Shown here piece after piece: positions 39,766-48,347 of a stretch of DNA of 64,000 bases. Within the stretch, counting starts at the first letter, position 1, and every line of letters starts with the position of its first letter. Below the pieces are notes generated by a model. It did not search any database, was not told the origin of the DNA, and saw nothing but the letters and a program-made list of their open reading frames with translations. Both the position numbers and the translations under genes were made by a program. The DNA comes from an uncultured Verrucomicrobiae bacterium (lineage in GTDB: Bacteria > Verrucomicrobiota > Verrucomicrobiia > Chthoniobacterales > Chthoniobacteraceae): positions 1,888,001-1,952,000 of the forward strand of contig CAWIKF010000002.1 of assembly GCA_963836755.1 (NCBI GenBank), given 5' to 3'.

Positions 39766-40151
39766 AGAGCGGTATCTTAAACCCGCAGATCAACTCACTG
39801 CTAAGTCGAGTGCGTCATACGAATGCGCTGGTCATTTCCGATCTTGGTTTTCCATTCTGGCCGATGGTTGAAACAGTGGACATCTCCTTGGTGAAAGGCG
39901 TGCCGACTATTCCGCAGCTACTTGCGGCGATCCTGCCGAACTTTAACGCCGGAGAAGCTTTCATGGCCGAAGAATTCCTGGCGAACAATGACCAAGCTGC
40001 TTGCGCCGTCTTTACAGAAGCGTTGGGTAATGTGCCTCTAACCTTCGAGCCTCATGAGGCAAAGTTTAAAAAACGAGTGCCTTCAGCCATAGGTCTTATT
40101 CGAACTGGTGATGCGACGCCTTATGGGAACATCATTCTAGTTTCGGCCTAG
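39759..40151 (+). CDS. RbsD/FucU-family sugar mutarotase/pyranase
   Basis: MLKSGILNP, HTNALVISD.GFP, IRTGDATPYGNIIL. Confidence 0.88.
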   Translation: MLKSGILNPQINSLLSRVRHTNALVISDLGFPFWPMVETVDISLVKGVPTIPQLLAAILPNFNAGEAFMAEEFLANNDQAACAVFTEALGNVPLTFEPHEAKFKKRVPSAIGLIRTGDATPYGNIILVSA

Positions 40152-40154
40152 GTC

Positions 40155-40808
40155 ATGAAGCTCCTTGATTTATCGCAGCCTATTTACCACGGAGGTCCAA
40201 ACTGCCCCGCGCATCCGCCCGTAAAGAGCGAGATCATCGCCGACCATCCCGTTGACGGCTGGCGATTGGAACTGCTAACTCTTGCGAGCCACACTGGCAG
40301 TCATGTAGATGCTCCATTGCATAAGGTAGCCGGCGGGGCGGACATTGACGGAATTGCACTTGACTCCTTTGTAGGTCCTGCTTGCGTCGTGGACATACGA
40401 GGTATTGGCGCGAACGAGCCAATTACCCCGCAACTATTGGATCAACATCTTCAACTGCGCTTGGATGACACCATCGTCCTTCTCGCTACCGGCTGGGGAA
40501 CGAAGCGCGCAAAGACGGATGAATGGCATCATCACTCGCCATACCTTTCGCCGGCCGCGGCGCAATGGCTGGCTGAGAAAAATGTGCGCGGAGTTGGAAT
40601 CGACCACTACTCCATCGGCGGCAGCCGTGATCCCGATAACACTCGGACACACGAGATTCTGCTGGGCGCGAACGTGTGGGTGGTGGAGGATTTGAATTTC
40701 CCGGCAGAGGTATGGAGCTTGCGGCAGCCTTTTACATTCTGGGCCTTGCCGGTTAACTTAAAGAACCATTCGGGCGCTTTCTGCCGACCGGTGGCGCTTG
40801 TTGAATAA
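40155..40808 (+). CDS. Cyclase-family (kynurenine formamidase-like) metallohydrolase
   Basis: DLSQPI, HTGSHVDAPLH metal motif, GVGID, H..LL, VVEDL, RPVA. Confidence 0.88.
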   Translation: MKLLDLSQPIYHGGPNCPAHPPVKSEIIADHPVDGWRLELLTLASHTGSHVDAPLHKVAGGADIDGIALDSFVGPACVVDIRGIGANEPITPQLLDQHLQLRLDDTIVLLATGWGTKRAKTDEWHHHSPYLSPAAAQWLAEKNVRGVGIDHYSIGGSRDPDNTRTHEILLGANVWVVEDLNFPAEVWSLRQPFTFWALPVNLKNHSGAFCRPVALVE

Positions 40809-40832
40809 CGTGAACATGAAACCCTTGTAAAA

Positions 40833-41645
40833 ATGAGCGCTAACCTATTTGATCTTTCAGGTGAAGTGGCAGTTGTCATCGGCGCAACGGGTGCGCTAGG
40901 TGGAGCGCTGGCCGCAGGTTTAGGAAAGGCGGGAGCATCAGTCGCCGTGCTCGGACGCAATGTAGAACGCGGTGAAGCTTGTGCGAATGGCATCAACGGA
41001 AATGGCGGAAGCGCGAAATTTTTCCAAACGGATGCTATCGATGCTGCGAGCCTCGCGACGGCACATCGAGCAATCGAGACGGCTTTCGGCGCGACGACGG
41101 TGCTCGTGAATGCTGCCGGCGGCAACGACCCGAAAGTGACGGTCACGGCCGAGCGACCTTTTGAAAAAATCACGGCTGAAGATTGGCGCGCGGGCTTCGA
41201 CCTCAACCTTGTCGGCGGTTCTCTCCTGCCGTGCCAGGAGTTTGGACCGGCGATGACGCAGCGGGGAAAAGGGAGCATCATCAACATCGCCAGCGTGTCG
41301 GCGCACTTGCCGCTAAGCCGCGTGGTTGCTTATTCCGCGGCCAAGGCCGCCGTGATCAGCCTCACGCAATTCCTCGCGCGCGAGTGGGCGCCGCGCGGTG
41401 TGCGCGTCAATTCCATCACGCCCGGTTTTTTCCCCGCCGAGCAAAATCGCGCGCTGCTTTTCAACCCCGACGGAACGCCGACGGCGCGTGCCGCATCGAT
41501 TCTCGGCCATACGCCTATGGCACGTTTTGGCACTTCGCAAGAGTTGGTGGGCGCCGCGATTTTTCTCGCCAGTCAACACGCGAGCAGCTTTGTCACCGGC
41601 ATCGATCTGCGCGTCGACGGCGGATTTTTGTCGCAAACGATCTAA
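40833..41645 (+). CDS. uxuB: SDR-type D-mannonate oxidoreductase / fructuronate reductase (UxuB-like)
   Basis: NAAGGNDP, PLSRVVAYSAAKAA, PGFFPAEQNRALLFNPDGTPTAR...HTPMARFG, signatures of Bacillus/Bacteroides SDR UxuB. Confidence 0.78.
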   Translation: MSANLFDLSGEVAVVIGATGALGGALAAGLGKAGASVAVLGRNVERGEACANGINGNGGSAKFFQTDAIDAASLATAHRAIETAFGATTVLVNAAGGNDPKVTVTAERPFEKITAEDWRAGFDLNLVGGSLLPCQEFGPAMTQRGKGSIINIASVSAHLPLSRVVAYSAAKAAVISLTQFLAREWAPRGVRVNSITPGFFPAEQNRALLFNPDGTPTARAASILGHTPMARFGTSQELVGAAIFLASQHASSFVTGIDLRVDGGFLSQTI

Positions 41646-41652
41646 GTCTAAA

Positions 41653-42951
41653 ATGCCCCTCGAAGTCCTTTCCCGCATCGGAGCAAATGGCGGCGCTGTC
41701 ACTGCCAATGAAATCCGTGACCTTGTCGTTGAGGCTTGTCCCGCGGCGGATTATCGCAATCGGAAGGTTCTTGTCATTGTTCCCGATGCCACCCGAACCG
41801 CGCCGGTGGACCTCTTTTTTAAAGCGCTGCACACGCAGATCGGCGCGACGTGCCAGCACTTTGACGTCATGATCGCGCTCGGCACGCATCCGCCAATGAG
41901 CGATGCGGCAATCTGCGAAAGGCTTGGCCTCACTCCGGAAGAAAGGCACGAGCGTTATCCTAATGTTCAGTTTCTGAATCACGAGTGGGACAATCCCGGC
42001 GCGCTCACCTCGCTGGGAGTGATTCCAGCGGCGGAAATCAGTGCGCTCTCGGGCGGACTTTTTGCCATGGATGTGGAAGTGCGCGTCAATCGCCGCCTGT
42101 TCGACTACGATCAAATCATCATTGTCGGGCCGGTCTTTCCGCACGAGGTTGTCGGTTTTTCCGGCGGTAACAAATACCTTTTTCCGGGCGTGAGCGGACC
42201 CGAAGTGCTCAACTTTTTTCACTGGCTCGGCGCCGTGGTCACGAACCCGATGATCATTGGAAATAAGTGGACGCCGGTTCGCAAAGTAGTCGATCGAGCC
42301 GCCTCGATGGTGAAGGTGCCGAAGCTCTGTTTTTGTCTCGTAGTGAAAGGTGCGGACTTGGCCGGCGCATTCGTCGGCACCCCGGAAGCCGCATGGACAG
42401 AGGCTTCGGAGCTTTCGCGGCAATTGCACATTGTTTACAAGGAGAAGCCTTTTCACACGATTCTGTCCTGCGCGCCGAAGATGTATGACGAACTTTGGAC
42501 GGGTGGAAAGTGCATGTATAAGCTTGAGCCCGTCCTCGCGGACGGCGGCGAGCTGATCATTTATGCGCCGCATATTTCGGAAGTCTCCATCACGCACGGA
42601 CGCGTGATTGAAGAACTCGGCTATCACTGCCGGGACTATTTTTTGAAGCAGTGGGACAAATTTAAAAGCTATCCGTGGGGCACGCTGGCCCATTCAACTC
42701 ATGTCCGTGGCATCGGCGAGTTTGACGAAAAGACCGGCGTCGAAAAATGCCGCGCACGTGTCACGCTTGCCACACGAATCCCGCGAGAGATTTGCGAGAA
42801 AATCAACATGGGCTACCGCGATCCTGACTCGATCGACGTCGAGAGTTTCGCCAATCGCGAAGAAGAGGGCATCTTGCTCGTGCGCAAGGCTGGCGAGATG
42901 CTTTATCAGTTGCGTGAACCGCCGGAGTGGGCGCGTGGAGGATCAGCATGA
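41653..42951 (+). CDS. LarA-superfamily (lactate racemase domain) 2-hydroxyacid epimerase
   Basis: PDATRT, ALGTHPPM, FPHEVVGFSGGNK, WTGGK, DGGELII; ATG at 41653. Confidence 0.87.
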   Translation: MPLEVLSRIGANGGAVTANEIRDLVVEACPAADYRNRKVLVIVPDATRTAPVDLFFKALHTQIGATCQHFDVMIALGTHPPMSDAAICERLGLTPEERHERYPNVQFLNHEWDNPGALTSLGVIPAAEISALSGGLFAMDVEVRVNRRLFDYDQIIIVGPVFPHEVVGFSGGNKYLFPGVSGPEVLNFFHWLGAVVTNPMIIGNKWTPVRKVVDRAASMVKVPKLCFCLVVKGADLAGAFVGTPEAAWTEASELSRQLHIVYKEKPFHTILSCAPKMYDELWTGGKCMYKLEPVLADGGELIIYAPHISEVSITHGRVIEELGYHCRDYFLKQWDKFKSYPWGTLAHSTHVRGIGEFDEKTGVEKCRARVTLATRIPREICEKINMGYRDPDSIDVESFANREEEGILLVRKAGEMLYQLREPPEWARGGSA

Positions 42952-43466
42952 GTGAGTTTGTGGTCATGGGTGTCGCAGGTTGTGGTAAGACAAGTGTAGC
43001 TCGCTGTTTGGCGGAAAAATCGAACGGTATCTACTTTGACGCCGATGAATTTCATCCAGCTGCCAACAAGGAAAAAATGGCGGCGGGAATCCCACTGACT
43101 GATGATGACCGCTGGCCGTGGTTGGATCTTCTGAATGAAAAATTAAAGGCACTCTCAAGAAAAGAGATGCCTGTTTTTCTGGCATGCTCCGCGTTGCGCC
43201 AGAGCTATCGCGACCGGCTCGGTGTCGGCATTCCCAGGCTGCGCTTCATTTACTTGAGAGGCTCGACGGAGCTGATTCGTCAGCGGCTCGAATCGCGAAG
43301 AGATCACTTCATGCCTCCGTCTTTGCTCGACAGCCAGTTTGCGACATTGGAAGAGCCGAAGGATGCGATAGTCGCACCAATCGAGGAACCGGTGCCGGTG
43401 GTTGTCGAAAAAATCCTCTCGCAGATCAAAGCACTCTCCTGGCAATCAACCCTAAAAAATTCATGA
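42948..43466 (+). CDS. gntK: Gluconokinase
   Basis: MGVAGCGKT, DADEFHP, KMAAGIPLTDDDRWPWL, CSALRQSYR, HFMPPSLLDSQFATLE. Confidence 0.93.
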   Translation: MSEFVVMGVAGCGKTSVARCLAEKSNGIYFDADEFHPAANKEKMAAGIPLTDDDRWPWLDLLNEKLKALSRKEMPVFLACSALRQSYRDRLGVGIPRLRFIYLRGSTELIRQRLESRRDHFMPPSLLDSQFATLEEPKDAIVAPIEEPVPVVVEKILSQIKALSWQSTLKNS

Positions 43467-44485
43467 AAACCATCCGACTCGAAGAACCTGGAACCTTGGC
43501 CTTTCTCGAAACCGACGCGCCCTCTCCGCAGTTGGCCGCAGAAGATGCACTCGTCCGCGTGCATCGGATAGGAGTCTGCGGCACAGACATTCATGCCTTC
43601 CGAGGTAAGCAGCCATTTTTTTCCTATCCTCGAATCCTAGGTCATGAGTTGGCTGTTGAAGTAGTTCAAGTAGGCAGCGAAGTAACCAATCTATCTCCCG
43701 GTGATCGCTGTTCCGTCGAACCCTATATCAACTGCGAAAAGTGCATCGCGTGCCGCCGCGGCAAGCCCAATTGCTGCACAGACATCAAAGTGCTCGGCGT
43801 GCACACGGATGGCGGCATGCGCGAGCAGTTTGTCATGCCAGCTCGCAAGCTGCATAGTTCGAGCAAGCTAAGTCTCGACCAACTTGCGCTAGTTGAAACA
43901 CTCGGCATCGGCGCTCATGCCGTCGAGCGGGCGCAGGTGGAAAGGGATGAGTTCGCGCTGGTCATTGGCGCAGGTCCCATAGGTCTCGCCGCAATGCAAT
44001 TTGCGCTCGAGAAAGGCGCGAAGGTCATCGTGCTGGACATCAATGACGCACGGTTGGAGTTTTGCCGCCAGCAGCTACTCGTGCCTCACACAATCAATGG
44101 CGCCAAGGAAATTCCACTGGAGGCATTGAAAAAAATCACCAACGGAGATCTTCCAACCGTCGTCTTCGATGCAACGGGCAGTCCAAAATCCATGATGGCT
44201 TCTTTCGAATATCCGGCTCATGGCGGCCGGCTCGTTTTCATTGGGCTGTTCCAAGGAGAGGTGACATTTAATGACCCGAACTTTCATCGGCGTGAGTTGA
44301 CGTTGCTCGCCAGTCGAAATGCGCAGCCCGGAGACTTCACGCGCATCATCCAGCTCATCGAAGCCGGGCGCATCAATACCACGCCATGGATTACTCATCG
44401 GGCTAAGTTTGACGAAGTGGTAGACGTATTTGCGAGTTGGACGAACCCGCAAACGGGTGTGATTAAGGCCATGATCGAGATCTAG
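43463..44485 (+). CDS. Zn-dependent dehydrogenase, L-galactonate 5-dehydrogenase (LgoD/YjjN)-like
   Basis: GVCGTDIHAF.G.QPFFSYPRILGHE, C..C.AC..G..NCC, LGVHTDGG, FHRRELTLLASRNA. Confidence 0.85.
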   Translation: MKTIRLEEPGTLAFLETDAPSPQLAAEDALVRVHRIGVCGTDIHAFRGKQPFFSYPRILGHELAVEVVQVGSEVTNLSPGDRCSVEPYINCEKCIACRRGKPNCCTDIKVLGVHTDGGMREQFVMPARKLHSSSKLSLDQLALVETLGIGAHAVERAQVERDEFALVIGAGPIGLAAMQFALEKGAKVIVLDINDARLEFCRQQLLVPHTINGAKEIPLEALKKITNGDLPTVVFDATGSPKSMMASFEYPAHGGRLVFIGLFQGEVTFNDPNFHRRELTLLASRNAQPGDFTRIIQLIEAGRINTTPWITHRAKFDEVVDVFASWTNPQTGVIKAMIEI

Positions 44486-44492
44486 GTCTACA

Positions 44493-47129
44493 GTGAAGCA
44501 ACCCTCTTGTTTCTTGCTTTTCCTTAGCTATTGCTTGCTTGCGGCACTGACTCATTCAGCAATGGGCGAGACGTCACCTCGCGAGCGGATTCTTTTGACT
44601 TCGAACTGGCTTTTCAAGAAGGACGACCCGGCCGGCGCGGGTGAAAGTTTTGCATACGATAAGCTAAAGCCATGGGTGCTTCCCGCCGCGAATGCGTTCT
44701 CCTCGAAACAGGTTCGGCGGCCTGCGGGCGAGGCGCCGGGCGAAAATGTAGATTATACCCAAGGCTCCTACGACGATTCTTCATGGCGAAAGGTGAACCT
44801 GCCGCACGACTGGGCGATAGAAGGTCCTTTCAAACAAGAATATCCGGGCAGCACCGGAAAGCTTGCTTATTGGGGCGTTGGCTGGTATCGCAAACACTTT
44901 ACCTCGCCGAGTGCTGACAAAGGCAGGCAAGTCTTTTTGGATATCGACGGCGCAATGTCCTACTCGGCAGTCTGGTTAAACGGCAAGTTTGTTGGCGGCT
45001 GGCCCTATGGCTACTCATCCTACCGTCTGGATCTTACGCCTTATCTTAAAATAGGAGCTGACAACGTCATCTCCATCCGCCTCGACAACCCTAAGAATTC
45101 CTCGCGGTGGTATCCCGGCGCCGGCATCTATCGCAACGTCTGGCTCGTCAAAACTGCTCCAGTTCATGTCGCTCATTGGGGAGTGATAATCAAAACGGTC
45201 AATGCGAGCAAAGATGAAGCGACTATTCAGATATCAGCCAACATAGACCAACCTCCGGACACGAGCATTGCGGTCGCGGAAACCATTTATGAGTTGAAGC
45301 CAGACGGCACGAGGGGAGGGGAACCAGTTGCCAAAGGTATGCCTTTGGCGAGCGACGTGCTTGTGAAAACAGGAGTGCAGTTGACTGAGTTAAAAGTTAA
45401 AAAGCCGAAGGTCTGGAATTTGGATTCTCCCAACCTCTACTGTGTCGTGACGGATGTTCTTAAAGACGGAAAGGTGGTTGATCAATGTGTGACCGCCTTC
45501 GGCATACGCACTATCGAATTCACAGCCGACAAAGGGTTTTCATTGAACGGGAAGAAGGTAAAGCTAAATGGCACCTGCAATCATTCTGATCTCGGAGCGC
45601 TTGGAATAGCAGTCAATGTCCGCGGGCTCCAGCGCCAGATTGAGATCCTCAAGGAGATGGGCTGCAATGCGATTCGCACCAGTCACAACATGCCGGCACC
45701 TGAGTTGTTAGACCTTTGTGATCGGATGGGGATGCTCGTCATGGATGAATCTTTCGACTGCTGGCAACGCGCCAAAACTCCGGGCGACTACCATCTTCTT
45801 TTTAACGATTGGCATGAGCCAGATATCCGCGCGGAAGTGCGTCGCGACCGCAACCATCCTTCCATAGTTCTCTGGAGCATTGGCAATGAAATTCCGGAGC
45901 AGGGAAGTCCAAAAGGGAGTTCAATTGCGGCGGAGCTAACTCATATCATTCACGAAGAGGATTCCACGAGATACTCTACCGTCGCTTGCAGTTCCACCAC
46001 CGCCGGCTATACGGATTACGCAAAAGCCGTCGATGTCTTTGGCTATAACTATAAACCTGATGAGTATACGAAATTTCATGAGACCAACCCGCTCATACCG
46101 CTCTTTGGCAGCGAAACTTCCTCCACTGTCAGCACGCGCGGCGAATACTTTTTTCCGTTGAATACGGAACTTGAGGATTTTCAGGTAACTTCCTATGACA
46201 CCTACAAGCCGCACTGGGCGACTCTTCCGGATACTGAGTTCGCCGGGCAGGAAAAGAACCCTTTCGTGGCAGGTGAGTTTGTGTGGACTGGTTTTGACTA
46301 CATGGGCGAGCCAACTCCCTATAACAAGGATAGCAGCATACTTCTCAACTTTTCCACTCCAAAAGAAAAAGCCAAGGCCGAAGCCGACCTGAAGGCTTCT
46401 CAGAAGATACCTGTTCCTTCGCGGAGTTCCTACTTTGGAATCGTCGATTTGTGTGGGTTTAAAAAAGACCGTTTCTACCTCTACCAATCCGTTTGGCGCC
46501 CGGATTATCCAATGGCCCACATTGTTCCGCATTGGAACTGGCCTGAGCGCGTCGGTCAGCAGACGCCGGTCTTTGTCTATACTTCTGGCGACGAGGCTGA
46601 ACTTTTTCTCAACGGCGCTTCGCTCGGTAAAAAGAAGAAGGATCCATTTCAATACAGGATCGGCTGGGACGAGGTGACTTATCAGCCAGGGGAATTGAAA
46701 GTGGTTGCTTACAAAAATGGCAAAGAGTGGGCGACCGATCGCGTGAAGACTACAGGACAGCCGGCAAAGATTCTGCTGGCGCCCGACCGAAAATCTATCA
46801 TGGGCGATGGCCGCGACCTTTGCTTTGTGACGGTAAGCATCGTGGATCAAAATGGACTTTCGGTTCCGCGCTCTCATCCGAAGCTGCAATTTGCTATCAC
46901 CGGGCCCGGAGAGATCGTTGCGACCGACAACGGCGATCCGACCGATCAAACCTCTTTCCCGTCCACCGAACGCGCCGCTTTCAACGGTATGGCTCTTGTC
47001 ATTATTCGAGCCAAACCCGGTGCCGCGGAAAAGATCACCCTCCATGCAATCGGGGAAGGACTGCCAGCGAGCGATACAGTGATTCTGCCGACGAGCTCGG
47101 TAGTCTCGCCTTTAACTCCTGAAGGTTGA
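44493..47129 (+). CDS. Secreted GH2 glycosidase (beta-galactosidase-like)
   Basis: LPHDWAIEG, SRWYPGAGIYR, IRTSHN, RDRNHPS..LWSIGNE, FGSETSS, WTGFDY.GEP. Confidence 0.92.
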   Translation: MKQPSCFLLFLSYCLLAALTHSAMGETSPRERILLTSNWLFKKDDPAGAGESFAYDKLKPWVLPAANAFSSKQVRRPAGEAPGENVDYTQGSYDDSSWRKVNLPHDWAIEGPFKQEYPGSTGKLAYWGVGWYRKHFTSPSADKGRQVFLDIDGAMSYSAVWLNGKFVGGWPYGYSSYRLDLTPYLKIGADNVISIRLDNPKNSSRWYPGAGIYRNVWLVKTAPVHVAHWGVIIKTVNASKDEATIQISANIDQPPDTSIAVAETIYELKPDGTRGGEPVAKGMPLASDVLVKTGVQLTELKVKKPKVWNLDSPNLYCVVTDVLKDGKVVDQCVTAFGIRTIEFTADKGFSLNGKKVKLNGTCNHSDLGALGIAVNVRGLQRQIEILKEMGCNAIRTSHNMPAPELLDLCDRMGMLVMDESFDCWQRAKTPGDYHLLFNDWHEPDIRAEVRRDRNHPSIVLWSIGNEIPEQGSPKGSSIAAELTHIIHEEDSTRYSTVACSSTTAGYTDYAKAVDVFGYNYKPDEYTKFHETNPLIPLFGSETSSTVSTRGEYFFPLNTELEDFQVTSYDTYKPHWATLPDTEFAGQEKNPFVAGEFVWTGFDYMGEPTPYNKDSSILLNFSTPKEKAKAEADLKASQKIPVPSRSSYFGIVDLCGFKKDRFYLYQSVWRPDYPMAHIVPHWNWPERVGQQTPVFVYTSGDEAELFLNGASLGKKKKDPFQYRIGWDEVTYQPGELKVVAYKNGKEWATDRVKTTGQPAKILLAPDRKSIMGDGRDLCFVTVSIVDQNGLSVPRSHPKLQFAITGPGEIVATDNGDPTDQTSFPSTERAAFNGMALVIIRAKPGAAEKITLHAIGEGLPASDTVILPTSSVVSPLTPEG

Positions 47130-47207
47130 CTGAAGCATTCGCGTAGTCCTCGCTGTATTTGTTTTCCCGCATCCGATATGCCTTGCCCTTCTTTATGACT
47201 TATTCAA

Positions 47208-48347
47208 ATGCGACTAAGTAGACTTATAGGAATTTTCTGGTGTGGACTGCTCGCCACTGCAGGCTGCGAACGCAGTTCTGGAGTCCCGTCGGCGACTACG
47301 GATGGTCACAAAAAAGTCCGCGTCGGCTACATCGGTATCACGTGTGAAGCGCCGATATTTTGCGCGGTCGAGAACGGCTTCTTCAAAGAGGAAGGCCTCG
47401 ACGTCGAGCTCGTCAAATGCGAATGGTCGAAATACAAGGACGTCCTTGCGCTGGGCGGGTTCGATGTCACGCATCATCTCGTGATGTATTTTTTGAAACC
47501 CATCGAGCAGGGGCTTGATGTAAAATTCACTGCAGGAATTCATCGTGGCTGTCTGCGCCTGCAATCCGGAACCGATGGAAATGTGCGCACGGTGCGCGAC
47601 CTGCGCGGCAAGCGAATCGGTGTGCCAGGGATGGGAACTCCGCCTTTCATTTTCGCAACGCGCGTGCTCGCTGCGAATGGCGTCGACGCGAGAAAAGAGA
47701 TCGAGTGGCGGGTTTTTCCTGCGGGCGAACTTGGCCTGGCGCTCGAAAAAGGCGAGGTGGATGCGGTGGCGGATTCGGAGCCAATCGGAAGTTTGCTACT
47801 GCACGATGGAAAGGTGCGTAATGTCGCCGACCAGGCCACGGACGCGCCTTACAGCAGTGAATATTGCTGTGCGATCATCGTGAACGGAAAATTCCTGACA
47901 GCGAATCCACAAGCAGCGGCCGGCGCGACCCGCGCGCTGCTGAAGGGCGCGAAATGGGTGGAGGCAAATCCGGCGGCTGCGGCAAGATTGTCGGTCGAGA
48001 AAAAATACCTCGCGTCAAACCCGGAGCTTAACACGCTTGCAATCTCGCACTTGCGTTATGAGCCGAGCGTGTCGGGCGCAGAAGCAGCCGTAAGTTCGGC
48101 GGCAGCGGAAATGAAAATGGCTGGGATGCTCAGCCCGACGACCGATGTTCCGGCGCTCGCGAAACGCGCCTTCGCGCATCTCGACGGCGTGACCGACGAA
48201 TGGATTCAAAGTTTGCACGTGGAAAAAGTTGCAGGTGGCCAGTTGCCGCCGGACGAGGATCTTCGTGTGACCGATGAGCTCGCCCGCCAGCGTGGCCCGC
48301 TCGTGATTTCATCGTGCTGCGCTCCGGTGATCGCGGTGGCAAAGTGA
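47208..48347 (+). CDS. ABC transporter substrate-binding lipoprotein (SsuA/NrtA/THI5-like), Cys-rich
   Basis: Lipobox TAGC, GFFKEEGLDVE, DLRGKRIGV, GEVDA; Cys motifs ITCE, HRGC, EYCC, SSCC. Confidence 0.87.
   Translation: MRLSRLIGIFWCGLLATAGCERSSGVPSATTDGHKKVRVGYIGITCEAPIFCAVENGFFKEEGLDVELVKCEWSKYKDVLALGGFDVTHHLVMYFLKPIEQGLDVKFTAGIHRGCLRLQSGTDGNVRTVRDLRGKRIGVPGMGTPPFIFATRVLAANGVDARKEIEWRVFPAGELGLALEKGEVDAVADSEPIGSLLLHDGKVRNVADQATDAPYSSEYCCAIIVNGKFLTANPQAAAGATRALLKGAKWVEANPAAAARLSVEKKYLASNPELNTLAISHLRYEPSVSGAEAAVSSAAAEMKMAGMLSPTTDVPALAKRAFAHLDGVTDEWIQSLHVEKVAGGQLPPDEDLRVTDELARQRGPLVISSCCAPVIAVAK

Noticed and set aside
40155..40808. kynB / tryptophan catabolism
   Set aside because: No kynA or kynU nearby; the gene is embedded in a sugar-acid operon, so the symbol was not assigned
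41653..42951. Bona fide lactate racemase larA
   Set aside because: The context (uxuB-like, gntK) points to a sugar-acid substrate; no lar operon or lactate genes adjacent
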